A stretch of DNA of 64,000 nucleotides from Deltaproteobacteria bacterium. GTDB lineage: Bacteria; Desulfobacterota; Binatia; UBA12015. Shown here in pieces: positions 1 to 9,585 of the stretch (position 1 is its first letter; the number at the start of each line of letters is the position of its first letter). A program made the position numbers and the translations under genes. The stretch is from positions 1 to 64,000 of the forward strand of contig JAYGCM010000073.1 of NCBI GenBank assembly GCA_046583355.1. The letters run 5' to 3'. The notes beneath the pieces are model-generated. The model had not been told where the DNA came from. It saw only the letters and a program-made list of their open reading frames with translations, and did not search any database.

Positions 1-761
1 GGGCCTGCGACGAGCACGGCCAGCAGCGTGGGCGCGAGCAATGCGATGCCCAGGCGTGTGCCGAGGGTCGGCATCAGCAGCCAGAGAAGCGCCGCGACCG
101 CAGCGATCCGCAGTGACCAACCGAGGAGGCGCTGCGCAAGAGCCATGGGCTGCCAGGTGGCGGCGACGGCCAGCACCGCACCACCAAGCATGAAAATGCC
201 GGTATTGGGTTTGAAGGCAAAGGCAATTCCGCTCGCTACACCAACCAGCAGAAGATCTACGCGCTCCCGGCGCGGCGAACGTCGCTCGCCCAGGCGAGCC
301 AGCAGAGCAGCCGCGGCCAGGACCGCGGGCAGCGCCAGCCAGCCCGGATAGGGAATATTCGAAGGCGCTCCGGTCCCGAGCGAGACGGGCAGCGCAAAGG
401 CAACCAGCATCGCCACCGCGCCGAGCGCCGTATACAGGCCCGCATTGACGCGCAGCAGAGCGTAGAGGGCCGCCGCGACGCCGGCCTGCAACAACACGCC
501 GAAGGTGCGGATCGCCGCGAATGCACCGAACTGCAAAAGCCAGCCCTCAAGAGCAAAATAGCCCGGCGTATAGCCGGTCTCGAAATCCGTATAGGGCAGC
601 GCTCCCCCAGCGGCCCGCGCAATCTGCAAGAGCTGCGTGCCCTCATCGACCAGGTCGAAGCCGTAGAGACGCCATAGCCAGAGGTAGGCGAGCACGGCCA
701 GACCGGCCAGAGAGGCCTCGGCAAAGACCCGAAGACGCGCCGGCTCAGAAGGCTGCGGCAC
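1..761 (-). CDS. Multi-pass membrane protein, probable GT-C fold (ArnT/PMT-like) glycosyltransferase; 3' end runs off the window
   Basis: Not in the ORF track because it is truncated. Manual translation from GTG at 761 gives MPQPSEPARLRVFAEASLAGLAVLAYLWLWRLYGFDLVDEG...LPYTDFETGYTPGYF...FAFKPNTG with no stop. It has an acidic DE pair after TM1 and many hydrophobic segments, and overlaps the 3' end of the upstream GT4 gene. Confidence 0.7.
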   Translation of the reverse strand, partial: MPQPSEPARLRVFAEASLAGLAVLAYLWLWRLYGFDLVDEGTQLLQIARAAGGALPYTDFETGYTPGYFALEGWLLQFGAFAAIRTFGVLLQAGVAAALYALLRVNAGLYTALGAVAMLVAFALPVSLGTGAPSNIPYPGWLALPAVLAAAALLARLGERRSPRRERVDLLLVGVASGIAFAFKPNTGIFMLGGAVLAVAATWQPMALAQRLLGWSLRIAAVAALLWLLMPTLGTRLGIALLAPTLLAVLVAG

Positions 762-1860
762 GGTAGACCTCCAGGGTGCGCGCCGCCGCGCGTGGCCAGG
801 AGAGCTCGCGGGCGCGTGCCAGCGCGCGCACAGCCACCTGCGCGCGCCGCGTCTCGTCGCTCAGGAGTTCGCGCAGCGCCGCGGCTACCAGCCCGACCTC
901 GGCACGCTCGACCAGCAGGCCCGCGTCGCCGACCACCTCCGGCACCGAGGTAGCCGCGATGCCCACGACGGGGCAGCCGCAGGCCATTGCCTCGACAAAA
1001 GTAAGCCCGAAGCCCTCAAAGCTCGACGGGCTCACCATCACGTCAGCAGCGCCGTAGAGTTCGACCAATTCGGTGGCATTCACCTCGCCGGCCAAGACGA
1101 CAAAGGGCGGAGGGTTGCGCAGCCAATCGGGCGCAAAGCCGGGCCGGCGCCGGCCCGCGATGACCAGCCGGACGTTCCTTCCCTCCGCAACCAGCCGGCC
1201 TACGGCGTCGATCGCAACGTCGATTCGTTTACGCGGCTGGGCGGTGCCGACAAAGGCCACCAGCTGGCCCTCGCGTGCGCCATAGCGTGCGCGCACGGCC
1301 GCGCGTGCCGCGGCGTCCTTCGGCGGCTGGAACGACTCCGCCACGCCGTGGCCGACGACATCGATCTTCGCGCGCGACACGCCGAATTGCCGCACCACAT
1401 CCGTGGCCGTGTATTCCGAGACCGCGATGATCCGCCGAGCCCGAAAAGCTGCATGACGCAGATGAAGATAGAGCTGCCAACGCTGCGGCAGCGAGAAAGT
1501 CTCGGGTTCGGCGTAGACGGCGAGGTCATGCAACGAGACCACCTGCGCGACCGCCCGCGGCACCCCAGCCAAAGGCAGCGCGTGCTTGGTGCCGTGATAG
1601 ACATCCGGTCGCAGCCGGCGCAGCATCCGCGGCACGGCGATATTATCCCACCACGGCTGATACCAGGAACTCGGCAGGGGCAACTCATGCGTCGTTACGC
1701 CGCTTGCTTGGGCGAAGAGGTCGGGCCTATCGGTGAGGATATGCAGGTCAAGTTCCGGGTCGCCCAAGGCAGCCATCGCGTGCAATAGCTCCACGACATA
1801 GGTCGCCGGGCCACCCGTCACGCCGGCCACAGCCGAGACGGCCACGCGCAGACGCTTCAT
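745..1860 (-). CDS. Glycosyltransferase family 4
   Basis: Motifs HDL, FVGTAQPRKRI and PSSFEGFGLTFVEAMACGCPVV. Start placed at ATG 1860 (MKRLRVAV). Confidence 0.92.
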   Translation of the reverse strand: MKRLRVAVSAVAGVTGGPATYVVELLHAMAALGDPELDLHILTDRPDLFAQASGVTTHELPLPSSWYQPWWDNIAVPRMLRRLRPDVYHGTKHALPLAGVPRAVAQVVSLHDLAVYAEPETFSLPQRWQLYLHLRHAAFRARRIIAVSEYTATDVVRQFGVSRAKIDVVGHGVAESFQPPKDAAARAAVRARYGAREGQLVAFVGTAQPRKRIDVAIDAVGRLVAEGRNVRLVIAGRRRPGFAPDWLRNPPPFVVLAGEVNATELVELYGAADVMVSPSSFEGFGLTFVEAMACGCPVVGIAATSVPEVVGDAGLLVERAEVGLVAAALRELLSDETRRAQVAVRALARARELSWPRAAARTLEVYRAAAF

Positions 1861-1879
1861 GAGCAACTCCGCAGCCGCT

Positions 1880-2785
1880 TCATGGCCGACCTCGAGCCAG
1901 CCAGACAATACCCTCGACAACCCCGCGCCATAGCGCGGCAACCGTGGCCCGCTCGCCCCGGCATGCGTAGATCAGGCTGCTGGCGGCTACAAGAACCAGA
2001 TAGCTCGGCAGGAAAACAACCATGGCGGCCACACCACCATGATCCCAGGCCAGGCGCAGCTGGTTGCGGCATTTGAGGCGCGCCGCATAAGGCTGCAAGC
2101 CGGCCACAAAGCCCCGCATTCCGTCGTGCAGCACGACAGCCTGCGCGGCGATGCGCGGTTGGAAACCGGCCGCGCGCGCGCGTAGGCAATAATCGACCTC
2201 TTCATAATAAACCAGGAGATCTTCCCGGTAGGGCCCGAGCCGGCGAAAACATGGCGCCGTGACGAGAATGGCCGACCCCATGATGCCGCCAACCGGGTAC
2301 GAAGAGCCCGCCGGACGCCGCACCTTGAGCAAGGCTCGCGGCAAGGCGAGCGACCAGGCAGCGTAATTCTCGCCCAACGAGAGCGGGCGGCGGTCGCTGA
2401 GGTCAAGCAGAATCGGTCCGACAATCCCCGCCTCGGGATGAGCCTTCGCCGCAGCGATGAGGTGCCCGATGCAGCCGGACTCGATCACGGTATCGTTGTT
2501 CAGGAACAAAAGGTGGGTGGCACCGCGCGCCAGTGCGCGCGCAGCACCCGCGTTCACGCCGCCGGCGAAATGGCGATTGTCCCCGAGAAGCAGCAACTCG
2601 ACGTCTTCAGCACCGGCCCAATCGTCTCGCAGCCGCTGCCGCTCGGGTTCGGCCGAGGCGTTATCGACCACGAGGATCTCGACACCAGCGGACGCGTCCG
2701 CGCGCAACGAGGCCACGCAGGCATGCGTGGTATCTCCGCCATTATAGGTCACGACCACCGCGAAAGGCCGCGCGGCCGCGCTCAT
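1880..2785 (-). CDS. Glycosyltransferase family 2
   Basis: Motifs VVVTYNG, ILVVDNAS, FAGGVNAG, LFLNND and YYEEVDYCLR. The true start is ATG 2785, overlapping the upstream stop (ATGA). Confidence 0.92.
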   Translation of the reverse strand: MSAAARPFAVVVTYNGGDTTHACVASLRADASAGVEILVVDNASAEPERQRLRDDWAGAEDVELLLLGDNRHFAGGVNAGAARALARGATHLLFLNNDTVIESGCIGHLIAAAKAHPEAGIVGPILLDLSDRRPLSLGENYAAWSLALPRALLKVRRPAGSSYPVGGIMGSAILVTAPCFRRLGPYREDLLVYYEEVDYCLRARAAGFQPRIAAQAVVLHDGMRGFVAGLQPYAARLKCRNQLRLAWDHGGVAAMVVFLPSYLVLVAASSLIYACRGERATVAALWRGVVEGIVWLARGRP

Positions 2786-3924
2786 GCGCCGTCTCGCGGC
2801 GCGAGCCCCAACGTCTCGCGCCAGCGCCTGGCGCGCACCTCGGCTCCGGCATGCTGCAAGGCGGCCTCGCGCGCGCTCCGGCCCAGCGCGGCGCGGCGTT
2901 CCGGCTCGCCCGCAAGCTCGCGCAAGGCGGCGGCAAGCGCGGCGCCCTCCGCCGCCGTGGTCAGGATCGACTCGCCAGGAACGAAAGCCTCGCGGATAGC
3001 CGGGGAATCGGCCGTGAGGATCGCGCAACCGACCTGCGCGGCCTGCCAGACCTTGTTCGGGATCACCATTTTCGCCTTGATAGAAGAGCCGAAAATGCCC
3101 AGGACGATATCCGCCTCGCGCAGGTTCTGCACCAGCTCGTCCTGAGTCATCCAATCCTCGAGCGTGACATGCGGCAAGCCACCGAGTTCCTGCTCGACCC
3201 GTGCACGTTCGGGACCGCTCCCAACGAGAAGAAAGGCGATGCCCTCCTCGGGGCGCAGCTCGCGAGCAGCGGCCGCGACCACCGCCATGCCATGCAAAGG
3301 CAGGTAGCTGGCGTAGCCGAAAACACGCAGCCGCGGGCCAGGCTGCCATTGCATCGGGCTCCCCGTCGCGTGCGCGGCCGGACAATAGGCTGCCTCAGCG
3401 CCAAGGAGATGGACACGGATTTTCTGCGGCGCCACGCCGACCTGCGCGGCCAGCCAATCGGCATGCGCCTGGGTATCCATCACGACGGTATCGGCCGCCG
3501 CCATTGTCAGCCGGTCGAGTCCGCGCAGCAGGCGACCGATCAACGAGGTCTCGCGGTAGATCTGGCGGTCGTCGACCAAAGTCTCGCCCAATGTCACCAG
3601 GGGCGCAAAGACCACGCGGCGCCCGCCGGCGAGCAAACGAGCCAGCAAAACATCAAGCTGACCGTTGAAGCCGACGACGATAATATCGGCGCCCGCGGCG
3701 GCGTAGCGAAAGCGCAAGGCGAGGCGAAAGCTGACAACGAGCCAGCGCAGCGCAAGGCCCAAAAGCCGGCCCGGCGCAAAATACGCGTCGTGCTTATCGC
3801 GCGTCTCTTCCCATAGAGACTCGTGACAAACCCGCAATTCAATGCCGGCGGCGCGCAACTCCTCAGCCAGCAGAACATTCGCCGCATGACGGGAGTTGAA
3901 GGTTCCGAAAAGGACGGCTCTCAC
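2782..3924 (-). CDS. Glycosyltransferase family 4-like
   Basis: GT-B-type C-terminal motif LGIFG..KAKMVIPNKVWQAAQVG; YLPLHG; 4-nt overlaps with both neighbours. Confidence 0.85.
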   Translation of the reverse strand: MRAVLFGTFNSRHAANVLLAEELRAAGIELRVCHESLWEETRDKHDAYFAPGRLLGLALRWLVVSFRLALRFRYAAAGADIIVVGFNGQLDVLLARLLAGGRRVVFAPLVTLGETLVDDRQIYRETSLIGRLLRGLDRLTMAAADTVVMDTQAHADWLAAQVGVAPQKIRVHLLGAEAAYCPAAHATGSPMQWQPGPRLRVFGYASYLPLHGMAVVAAAARELRPEEGIAFLLVGSGPERARVEQELGGLPHVTLEDWMTQDELVQNLREADIVLGIFGSSIKAKMVIPNKVWQAAQVGCAILTADSPAIREAFVPGESILTTAAEGAALAAALRELAGEPERRAALGRSAREAALQHAGAEVRARRWRETLGLAPRDGA

Positions 3925-4949
3925 GCCGACTCCGATTCCCCCGACGCTTGCCGCTCCTGCTTCGGATGTTCGGTGGAGTGGTAGCCCGGCTCGAGGTCCG
4001 GCTCTTCGCCGAGGCGCAACTCAAGCTTGCGCAGTCGCAGCAGCGAGTCCTCGATCAGCGAACGGTTGGAGGCAATCAGGTCGGCGATCAGCCCCATGAG
4101 GATCGTCTGCACGCCGATGATGGAAAGCGCCGCGGCAAAGATCAAGGATTGGACCAGGCCCTGCGGCCCGAAAAGGAAGCTATAGAGCATGAAGCGAGCG
4201 AAGAGGACCGCGCCGCCACCGAGCATCAGCGCGCCGAGCGTCCAGAAGACGCGAATCGGCTCGTAGAGAGAGTAAATGCGCACCAGCGTGACAAAGGAGC
4301 GGCGCAGATAATTCGGGATGGAGGTGAAGAGCCGCGAGGGCCTGGTCGCGCGCGTGCGCACCGGCACATGCGTGACGGCGATCTGCTTCTTGCCGGCCTG
4401 CACCAGCGTCTCGAGCGTATAGGTGAACTCCGAGACTATGTTGAGGCGCAGCGCCGCGCGTCGGTCGATGGCGCGAAAACCGCTCGCGGCATCGGGGACA
4501 TCGGTCCCCGAGAGCCCGCGTACAACCCAGCTGCCATAGTATTGGAGCAGCCGCTTGAGCGGCGAGAAATGCTCGATATTCGCGGGCCCGCGGTCGCCCA
4601 CGACCATATCGGCCCGGCCGTCCAGGATCGGCTGGATCAGCGCCGGGATATCGTCGGCCTCGTACTGGTTGTCGGCGTCGGTATTGACGATGATATCAGC
4701 GCCAAGCTTCAAGGCGGCATCGAGCCCGGCCGAGAACGCTCGCGCCAAGCCTTGGTGCTGAGGGAAACGAACGATATGGTCGACACCGGCGCGCCGCGCG
4801 ACCTCGACGGTTGCATCCTCAGACCCATCATCAATGATGAGAACTTCGATCGTATCCACGCCGGGAATTTCCCTCGGCAGGGCCGCGACGGTAACGCCCA
4901 AGGTATCGGCCTCATTAAGACACGGAATCTGGATGATCAACTTCGGCAT
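3921..4949 (-). CDS. Glycosyltransferase family 2, DPM/DPG-synthase-like (polyprenol-phosphate sugar synthase)
   Basis: Motifs IQIPCLNEA, IIDDGSED, VNTDADNQY and DAASGFRA, plus two C-terminal TM helices. Confidence 0.9.
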   Translation of the reverse strand: MPKLIIQIPCLNEADTLGVTVAALPREIPGVDTIEVLIIDDGSEDATVEVARRAGVDHIVRFPQHQGLARAFSAGLDAALKLGADIIVNTDADNQYEADDIPALIQPILDGRADMVVGDRGPANIEHFSPLKRLLQYYGSWVVRGLSGTDVPDAASGFRAIDRRAALRLNIVSEFTYTLETLVQAGKKQIAVTHVPVRTRATRPSRLFTSIPNYLRRSFVTLVRIYSLYEPIRVFWTLGALMLGGGAVLFARFMLYSFLFGPQGLVQSLIFAAALSIIGVQTILMGLIADLIASNRSLIEDSLLRLRKLELRLGEEPDLEPGYHSTEHPKQERQASGESESA

Positions 4950-5034
4950 GAAAAACTCGCAGCGCAGGTTTGCGAGGACTCCTCCTCGGCAACGTGAGCG
5001 CGCCCCCGGAGCTGCAACGCGCAGATCCTCCCGG

Positions 5035-6321
5035 TTGCATTCACGACCGGGCCGGCATTGTCAACGCGCGCTGCTGGCGGCGGCATTGGTCGCCGCCCTT
5101 CTCTTTGGCTGGCACGCACCCGCCACCGCGGCCCATCCGCTGCCCAAACAGCCGCGGGTGCTGGTTCTGCGCGTGGAATTCCCCGCGCACGAGGCCCTCG
5201 GGAAGAAGCGACGCTTCACCAACGAGGCCGGCAACGGCTTGGTCGACCGCCTGGTTTCGTATTTCGACGAGGTATCGCGGCGTCGCTTTCATATCGAGGC
5301 GCGGGTCAGCGACAAGGTCTACCAACTCCCCAAGGCCCGTCCGAAGTACGTCTCAAGACCGCGCGAGATGCTGCGCGACGCCCTGGCCGCGGCCTACCAG
5401 CCGGCACCAAAAGGCGAGAAGGCTCTGATCGACGCGCTCCAGCCCGATGTGCTGATCGTTTATTTTGCCGGCGCCGGTGCCGAATCGGATATGGCGCAAA
5501 AATACCGCTCGCGCCTGCCCTGGTCCAACGCCGTCACCTCGCGCAACTTTCTTCGCGCCGGCCGCCATCGCATCTCCTACGGCATGGTGGTCGGCGTCGA
5601 CCCGATGATGAAACTCTCGGCCTTCGGCGTCAGCTGCCACGAATTCGGTCACCTGCTCGAGTGGCCCGAACTCTATGCCCCCAACAAGATCCATGAGGGC
5701 ATCGGCGTCTGGGGACTGATGGGCCAAGGGACGTGGGTCGGCATGGGCCGCCAGCCGCCCCACCCCTCGGCCTATGCAAAGCTCAAGGCCGGCTGGACCA
5801 ACACCCGCGTCGTCGAGAAAACCGAGCATATCGAACTCCCCTCAATCGAGCGCAGCGGTGAGGTCATCAAGATTTTCGCCCGCGGCGCCGAATATCCGCG
5901 CGAATATTTCCTCATCGAGAACCGCCAACGCGTCGGCTTCGACCGCTCGATCCGCGCCGAGGGGTTGCTGATCTGGCATATTGACGAACGCCAGACGAGC
6001 TTCCGTCGCTCACAAGATATTGTGAAACATAAACGAGTCGACCTGCTCACGGCCGACTCCTGGCCTTCGCACCTCGACCTCGGCTATTCGCGCGGCGGCA
6101 ACCGCGGCGACGCCGGTGACCCTTGGGCCGCGCGAGCCGATGGCCCCGGCCCCGACACGCAGCCCGGCACCGGCAGCTACGACGGCACGCCGGGCCGGTT
6201 CGCGATCCGCAACATCAGCACCTCCGGACCGGTGATGAGCTTCGATATCGTCTTTGCCGACGACACGACGGCCGTGCCGCCCTCGGATGCTACGCTCAGC
6301 GCGTCAGAGGACGGTACTTGA
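5035..6321 (+). CDS. Secreted M6 (immune inhibitor A-like) metalloprotease
   Basis: Signal-like [21 protein letters not shown] zinc motif; WGLMGQG Met-turn; [12 protein letters not shown] and GLLIWHIDE. The start is uncertain (TTG 5035 chosen, since the ORF-track start overlaps the divergent gene). Confidence 0.85.
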   Translation: MHSRPGRHCQRALLAAALVAALLFGWHAPATAAHPLPKQPRVLVLRVEFPAHEALGKKRRFTNEAGNGLVDRLVSYFDEVSRRRFHIEARVSDKVYQLPKARPKYVSRPREMLRDALAAAYQPAPKGEKALIDALQPDVLIVYFAGAGAESDMAQKYRSRLPWSNAVTSRNFLRAGRHRISYGMVVGVDPMMKLSAFGVSCHEFGHLLEWPELYAPNKIHEGIGVWGLMGQGTWVGMGRQPPHPSAYAKLKAGWTNTRVVEKTEHIELPSIERSGEVIKIFARGAEYPREYFLIENRQRVGFDRSIRAEGLLIWHIDERQTSFRRSQDIVKHKRVDLLTADSWPSHLDLGYSRGGNRGDAGDPWAARADGPGPDTQPGTGSYDGTPGRFAIRNISTSGPVMSFDIVFADDTTAVPPSDATLSASEDGT

Positions 6322-7972
6322 TGCGATGCGGCTGGTCGGCGTCGGCGCCGAGACGACGCTTCCGATCCACCTCGTATTGCTGGTAATTACCCTCGAAATA
6401 CTCGACGTGACTATCGCCTTCAAAGGCCAGGATATGAGTCGCCACGCGGTCGAGAAACCAGCGATCATGGCTGATGACGACAGCGCAGCCGGCGAAATCA
6501 AGCAAGGCTTCCTCAAGCGAGCGCAGCGTCTCGACATCGAGGTCGTTGGTCGGCTCATCGAGGAGCAGAACATTGCCGCCACTCTTCACCAGCTTTGCCA
6601 GGTGCACGCGGTTGCGCTCGCCACCGGAGAGCTGGCCGACCTTCTTCTGCTGATCGGATCCCTTGAAGTTGAATTGCCCGACATAGGCGCGTGAGGCCAT
6701 CTCGCGTTTGCCGACGAGGATCTGATCGGTTCCGCCAGTGATCTCCTCCCAGACGTTCTTCTGCGGATCGAGCGCATCGCGACTCTGGTCTACGTAGGAG
6801 AGCTGCACGGTCTCGCCGATGACGAGCGTCCCGGAGTCGGGCTTCTCAATGCCCGTGAGCATCTTGAAAAGCGTCGATTTGCCGGCGCCATTCGGCCCGA
6901 TGACACCCACGATACCGCCCGGGGGAAGCGAGAAGGAGAGGTTGTCGATCAATAATTTGTCGCCGAAGCCCTTCGACAAACCTTCAATATCAATCACCTG
7001 GTGGCCGAGACGCTGGGAGACGGGGATGTAGATCTCGCCCCTTTGCTCGCGGGCAAGGCCTTCATCGGCAGCCAGCTGCTCGTAGGCGGCGATGCGCGCC
7101 TTGCTCTTCGCATGCCGCGCCTTGGGCGCCATGCGCACCCACTCAAGCTCGCGGGCCAGAGTCTGACGGCGGCTGCTCACATGTTTTTCCTCAAGCGCCA
7201 GGCGTTTCCCCTTCTGCTCGAGCCAGGAGGAATAATTCCCCTCCCAGGGAATGCCGCGGCCGCGGTCGAGTTCGAGGATCCAGCCGGCGCAATTGTCGAG
7301 AAAATACCGGTCGTGTGTGACGGCGACGACCGTACCTTTATAATCGGCCAAGAAGCGCTCGAGCCAGGCAACCGATTCCGCGTCGAGATGGTTGGTCGGT
7401 TCGTCGAGCAGGAGCATATCGGGCGATTGCAATAGCAACCGGCAAAGCGCCACGCGGCGTGCCTCACCACCCGAGAGATGCTCGGCCGAGGTATCGCCGT
7501 CGGGGCAGCGCAACGCCTCCATCGCCATCTCGACTTTCGAGTCGAGCTCCCAGGCACCGACGGCTTCGATCTGGTCTTGCACCTTGGCCTGCTCATCGAG
7601 CAGCTTCTGCATCTCGTCGTCACCCGTGACCTCGCCGAAGGCCATGGAGATCTCCTCGAAGCGCGTGAGCAGAGCGCGGGTCTCGGCGACGCCCTCCTCG
7701 ACCAACTCGCGCACGGTCCTGGTCGGATCGAGCACCGGTTCCTGGGGCAGATAGCCGATTCGAATTCCTTCGGCCGGCTTCGCCTCGCCGAGGAATTCAT
7801 CATCGAGCCCGGCCATGATGCGCAGCACCGTGCTCTTGCCGGAGCCATTCAGACCGAGAACTCCGATCTTGGCACCGTAGAAAAACGACAACGAAACACC
7901 ATCGACGATGGTCTTGCCCGATGGCGTGACCTTCTTGAGGTCATGCATCGTGAAAATAAAATTCTGTGCCAC
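6296..7972 (-). CDS. ettA: Energy-dependent translational throttle protein EttA (ABC-F)
   Basis: [20 protein letters not shown], two ABC cassettes, ELEWVR linker, C-terminal [12 protein letters not shown] start with GGAG RBS. Confidence 0.95.
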   Translation of the reverse strand: MAQNFIFTMHDLKKVTPSGKTIVDGVSLSFFYGAKIGVLGLNGSGKSTVLRIMAGLDDEFLGEAKPAEGIRIGYLPQEPVLDPTRTVRELVEEGVAETRALLTRFEEISMAFGEVTGDDEMQKLLDEQAKVQDQIEAVGAWELDSKVEMAMEALRCPDGDTSAEHLSGGEARRVALCRLLLQSPDMLLLDEPTNHLDAESVAWLERFLADYKGTVVAVTHDRYFLDNCAGWILELDRGRGIPWEGNYSSWLEQKGKRLALEEKHVSSRRQTLARELEWVRMAPKARHAKSKARIAAYEQLAADEGLAREQRGEIYIPVSQRLGHQVIDIEGLSKGFGDKLLIDNLSFSLPPGGIVGVIGPNGAGKSTLFKMLTGIEKPDSGTLVIGETVQLSYVDQSRDALDPQKNVWEEITGGTDQILVGKREMASRAYVGQFNFKGSDQQKKVGQLSGGERNRVHLAKLVKSGGNVLLLDEPTNDLDVETLRSLEEALLDFAGCAVVISHDRWFLDRVATHILAFEGDSHVEYFEGNYQQYEVDRKRRLGADADQPHRIKYRPLTR

Positions 7973-8107
7973 GGGCAAACTCTCCAAACTGCGATTGTCG
8001 GGGACTTCCAGGCGCGATAGACTCAGCCTTGCAGCCGGCCCCGCACCACGGGTACGCCAAGATCACGCACCGCGCGCTGTCCTACCAGAAGGAAGAGAGA
8101 CCCGCCC

Positions 8108-8467
8108 ATGCCGATAGCCGAGGAGAGAGCCCAGCAACGCCTCCCGAACCACGCTGCGGCCCAGGCCGTCATGCAGCGCATCTTTGCGTCCACCACGCCC
8201 GGTATTCGCTACCGCCTCTGGGACGGCAGCGAGGCCGATATCGGCAAGCCCGACGGCTCGTTCACCATCATCATCCGCAGCCCCGGCGCGTTTCGCGCCG
8301 CGTTCGGCGCAGCCGATACCAAGGCGCTTGCCGAGGCCTACGCCGACAACCGGGTCGACGTCGATGGTGATCTTCTGGCCTGCCTGCGGATTGCCAACCA
8401 ACTCGAAGAGCGCGAATTCAGCCTGGCCGAGAAGCTGCGCCTCTTCTTCGATTTGCGACGAGTCTGA
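8108..8467 (+). CDS. Stand-alone protein resembling the N-terminal (lipid-binding) domain of CFA synthase
   Basis: RLWDG..., FTIIIRSPGAF...ALAEAYADNRVDVDGDL matches the pattern LGEAY..G..DVEGDL of CFA N-domains. Confidence 0.7.
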   Translation: MPIAEERAQQRLPNHAAAQAVMQRIFASTTPGIRYRLWDGSEADIGKPDGSFTIIIRSPGAFRAAFGAADTKALAEAYADNRVDVDGDLLACLRIANQLEEREFSLAEKLRLFFDLRRV

Positions 8468-8472
8468 GCAGC

Positions 8473-9585
8473 ATGCAGGCATTTGACGCGATCATCATCG
8501 GCGGCGGCCCGGCAGGTTCGACGGCCGCCTTTCGCCTGGCAGCCGCCGGGCGCCGCGTCCTGCTGCTGGATGCCGCAACCTTTCCGCGGGTGAAACTCTG
8601 TGCCGGATGGGTCACGCCCGCCGTATGGCGCGACCTCGAACTCGACCCGGCCGACTACCCCCATACCCTGCAACCTTTCCGCGAGGTGAGCCTTGCGTTG
8701 GGCGCGACCAGGCATCCGACCCATTGGCCTGATACCGCGGGCTACGGCATCATCCGCCACGAATTCGATGATTTCCTGCTGCGGCGCGCTGCGGCGCGCG
8801 GGGCGATTATGCGCCTCGGGATGCGCGTCCGCGAGATCCACCAGGAGGCCGACGCCATGGTCGTCGTGGCAGGCGAGGAAACCTTTCGCGCGCCCTGGGT
8901 CGTGGGCGCCGGCGGCCACCATTGCCCGGTCGCGCGACGCTTCGGCGCGATCGATGCAGACGAGGTCGTCGTGGTGGCTCGCGAGAGTGAGACCCGTGTC
9001 GGCCGCAAGCGGCTGCAACGCCTGAGCGCCCACGCCGGCACACCAGAATTGATCACCGAAAGCGATTTTCGCGGCTACGGCTGGTATTTTATCAAAGGCG
9101 ATTTTCTCAATATCGGGATCGGCTGCCTCACGGGCGGCCGCGACCTGAACAGGCGCTGCGACGCCATGCTCGGCCGCCTGCGCGCGGATGGCCGCCTACC
9201 GACCGATCTGGAACTCGAGCCTTTCCAAGGCCACGCCTACGCTGTGCAGATCGGCAAAAGCCGCCGACCGGGTGGTCCGGGGTGGATGCTGACCGGCGAC
9301 GCCGCCGGCCTGGCGCGCGCCATCAGCGGCGAGGGCATCGGCCCCGCTGTGAACAGCGCCGCACTTGCCGCGCAATTGCTGCTGGAAGGTCGCGCAGCCG
9401 AATACCCCACCGCCCTCGCCTATCGGTACGGTCCGGAAGAACCCACCCGCGCGAGCCGGCTCGCCGGAACTCTACCGCAGCATGTCGCGGAATCCGTCGC
9501 GCGGACCATCTGCCGGATACCCGTCTTGCGCCGCCGCCTGATCTTTGAGCATGCCTTCGGCATGGGCCACGAGGCAGCCCGATGA
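8473..9585 (+). CDS. NAD(P)/FAD-dependent oxidoreductase, geranylgeranyl-reductase-like
   Basis: Motifs IIGGGPAGS, FPRVKLCAG, R.EFD..L, GYGWYFIKG..LNIGIG and LTGDAAGLA...SGEGIGPA. Confidence 0.88.
   Translation: MQAFDAIIIGGGPAGSTAAFRLAAAGRRVLLLDAATFPRVKLCAGWVTPAVWRDLELDPADYPHTLQPFREVSLALGATRHPTHWPDTAGYGIIRHEFDDFLLRRAAARGAIMRLGMRVREIHQEADAMVVVAGEETFRAPWVVGAGGHHCPVARRFGAIDADEVVVVARESETRVGRKRLQRLSAHAGTPELITESDFRGYGWYFIKGDFLNIGIGCLTGGRDLNRRCDAMLGRLRADGRLPTDLELEPFQGHAYAVQIGKSRRPGGPGWMLTGDAAGLARAISGEGIGPAVNSAALAAQLLLEGRAAEYPTALAYRYGPEEPTRASRLAGTLPQHVAESVARTICRIPVLRRRLIFEHAFGMGHEAAR

Noticed and set aside
2786..3385. N-terminal 200 aa of the 501-aa ORF, and similar long N-extensions on trxB, fbp, GT4 (49905) and the PHP protein in the ORF track
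   Set aside because: They overlap real upstream genes and are low-complexity. Internal starts coincide with the family N-termini and with overlap-coupled stops.
6296..6321. Convergent 26-nt overlap of the M6 protease and ettA
   Set aside because: Short tail-to-tail overlaps are common in compact genomes.
8465..8473. Possible UGA read-through from the 119-aa gene into the reductase
   Set aside because: The downstream gene is in a different frame, and there is no Cys/Sec motif context.
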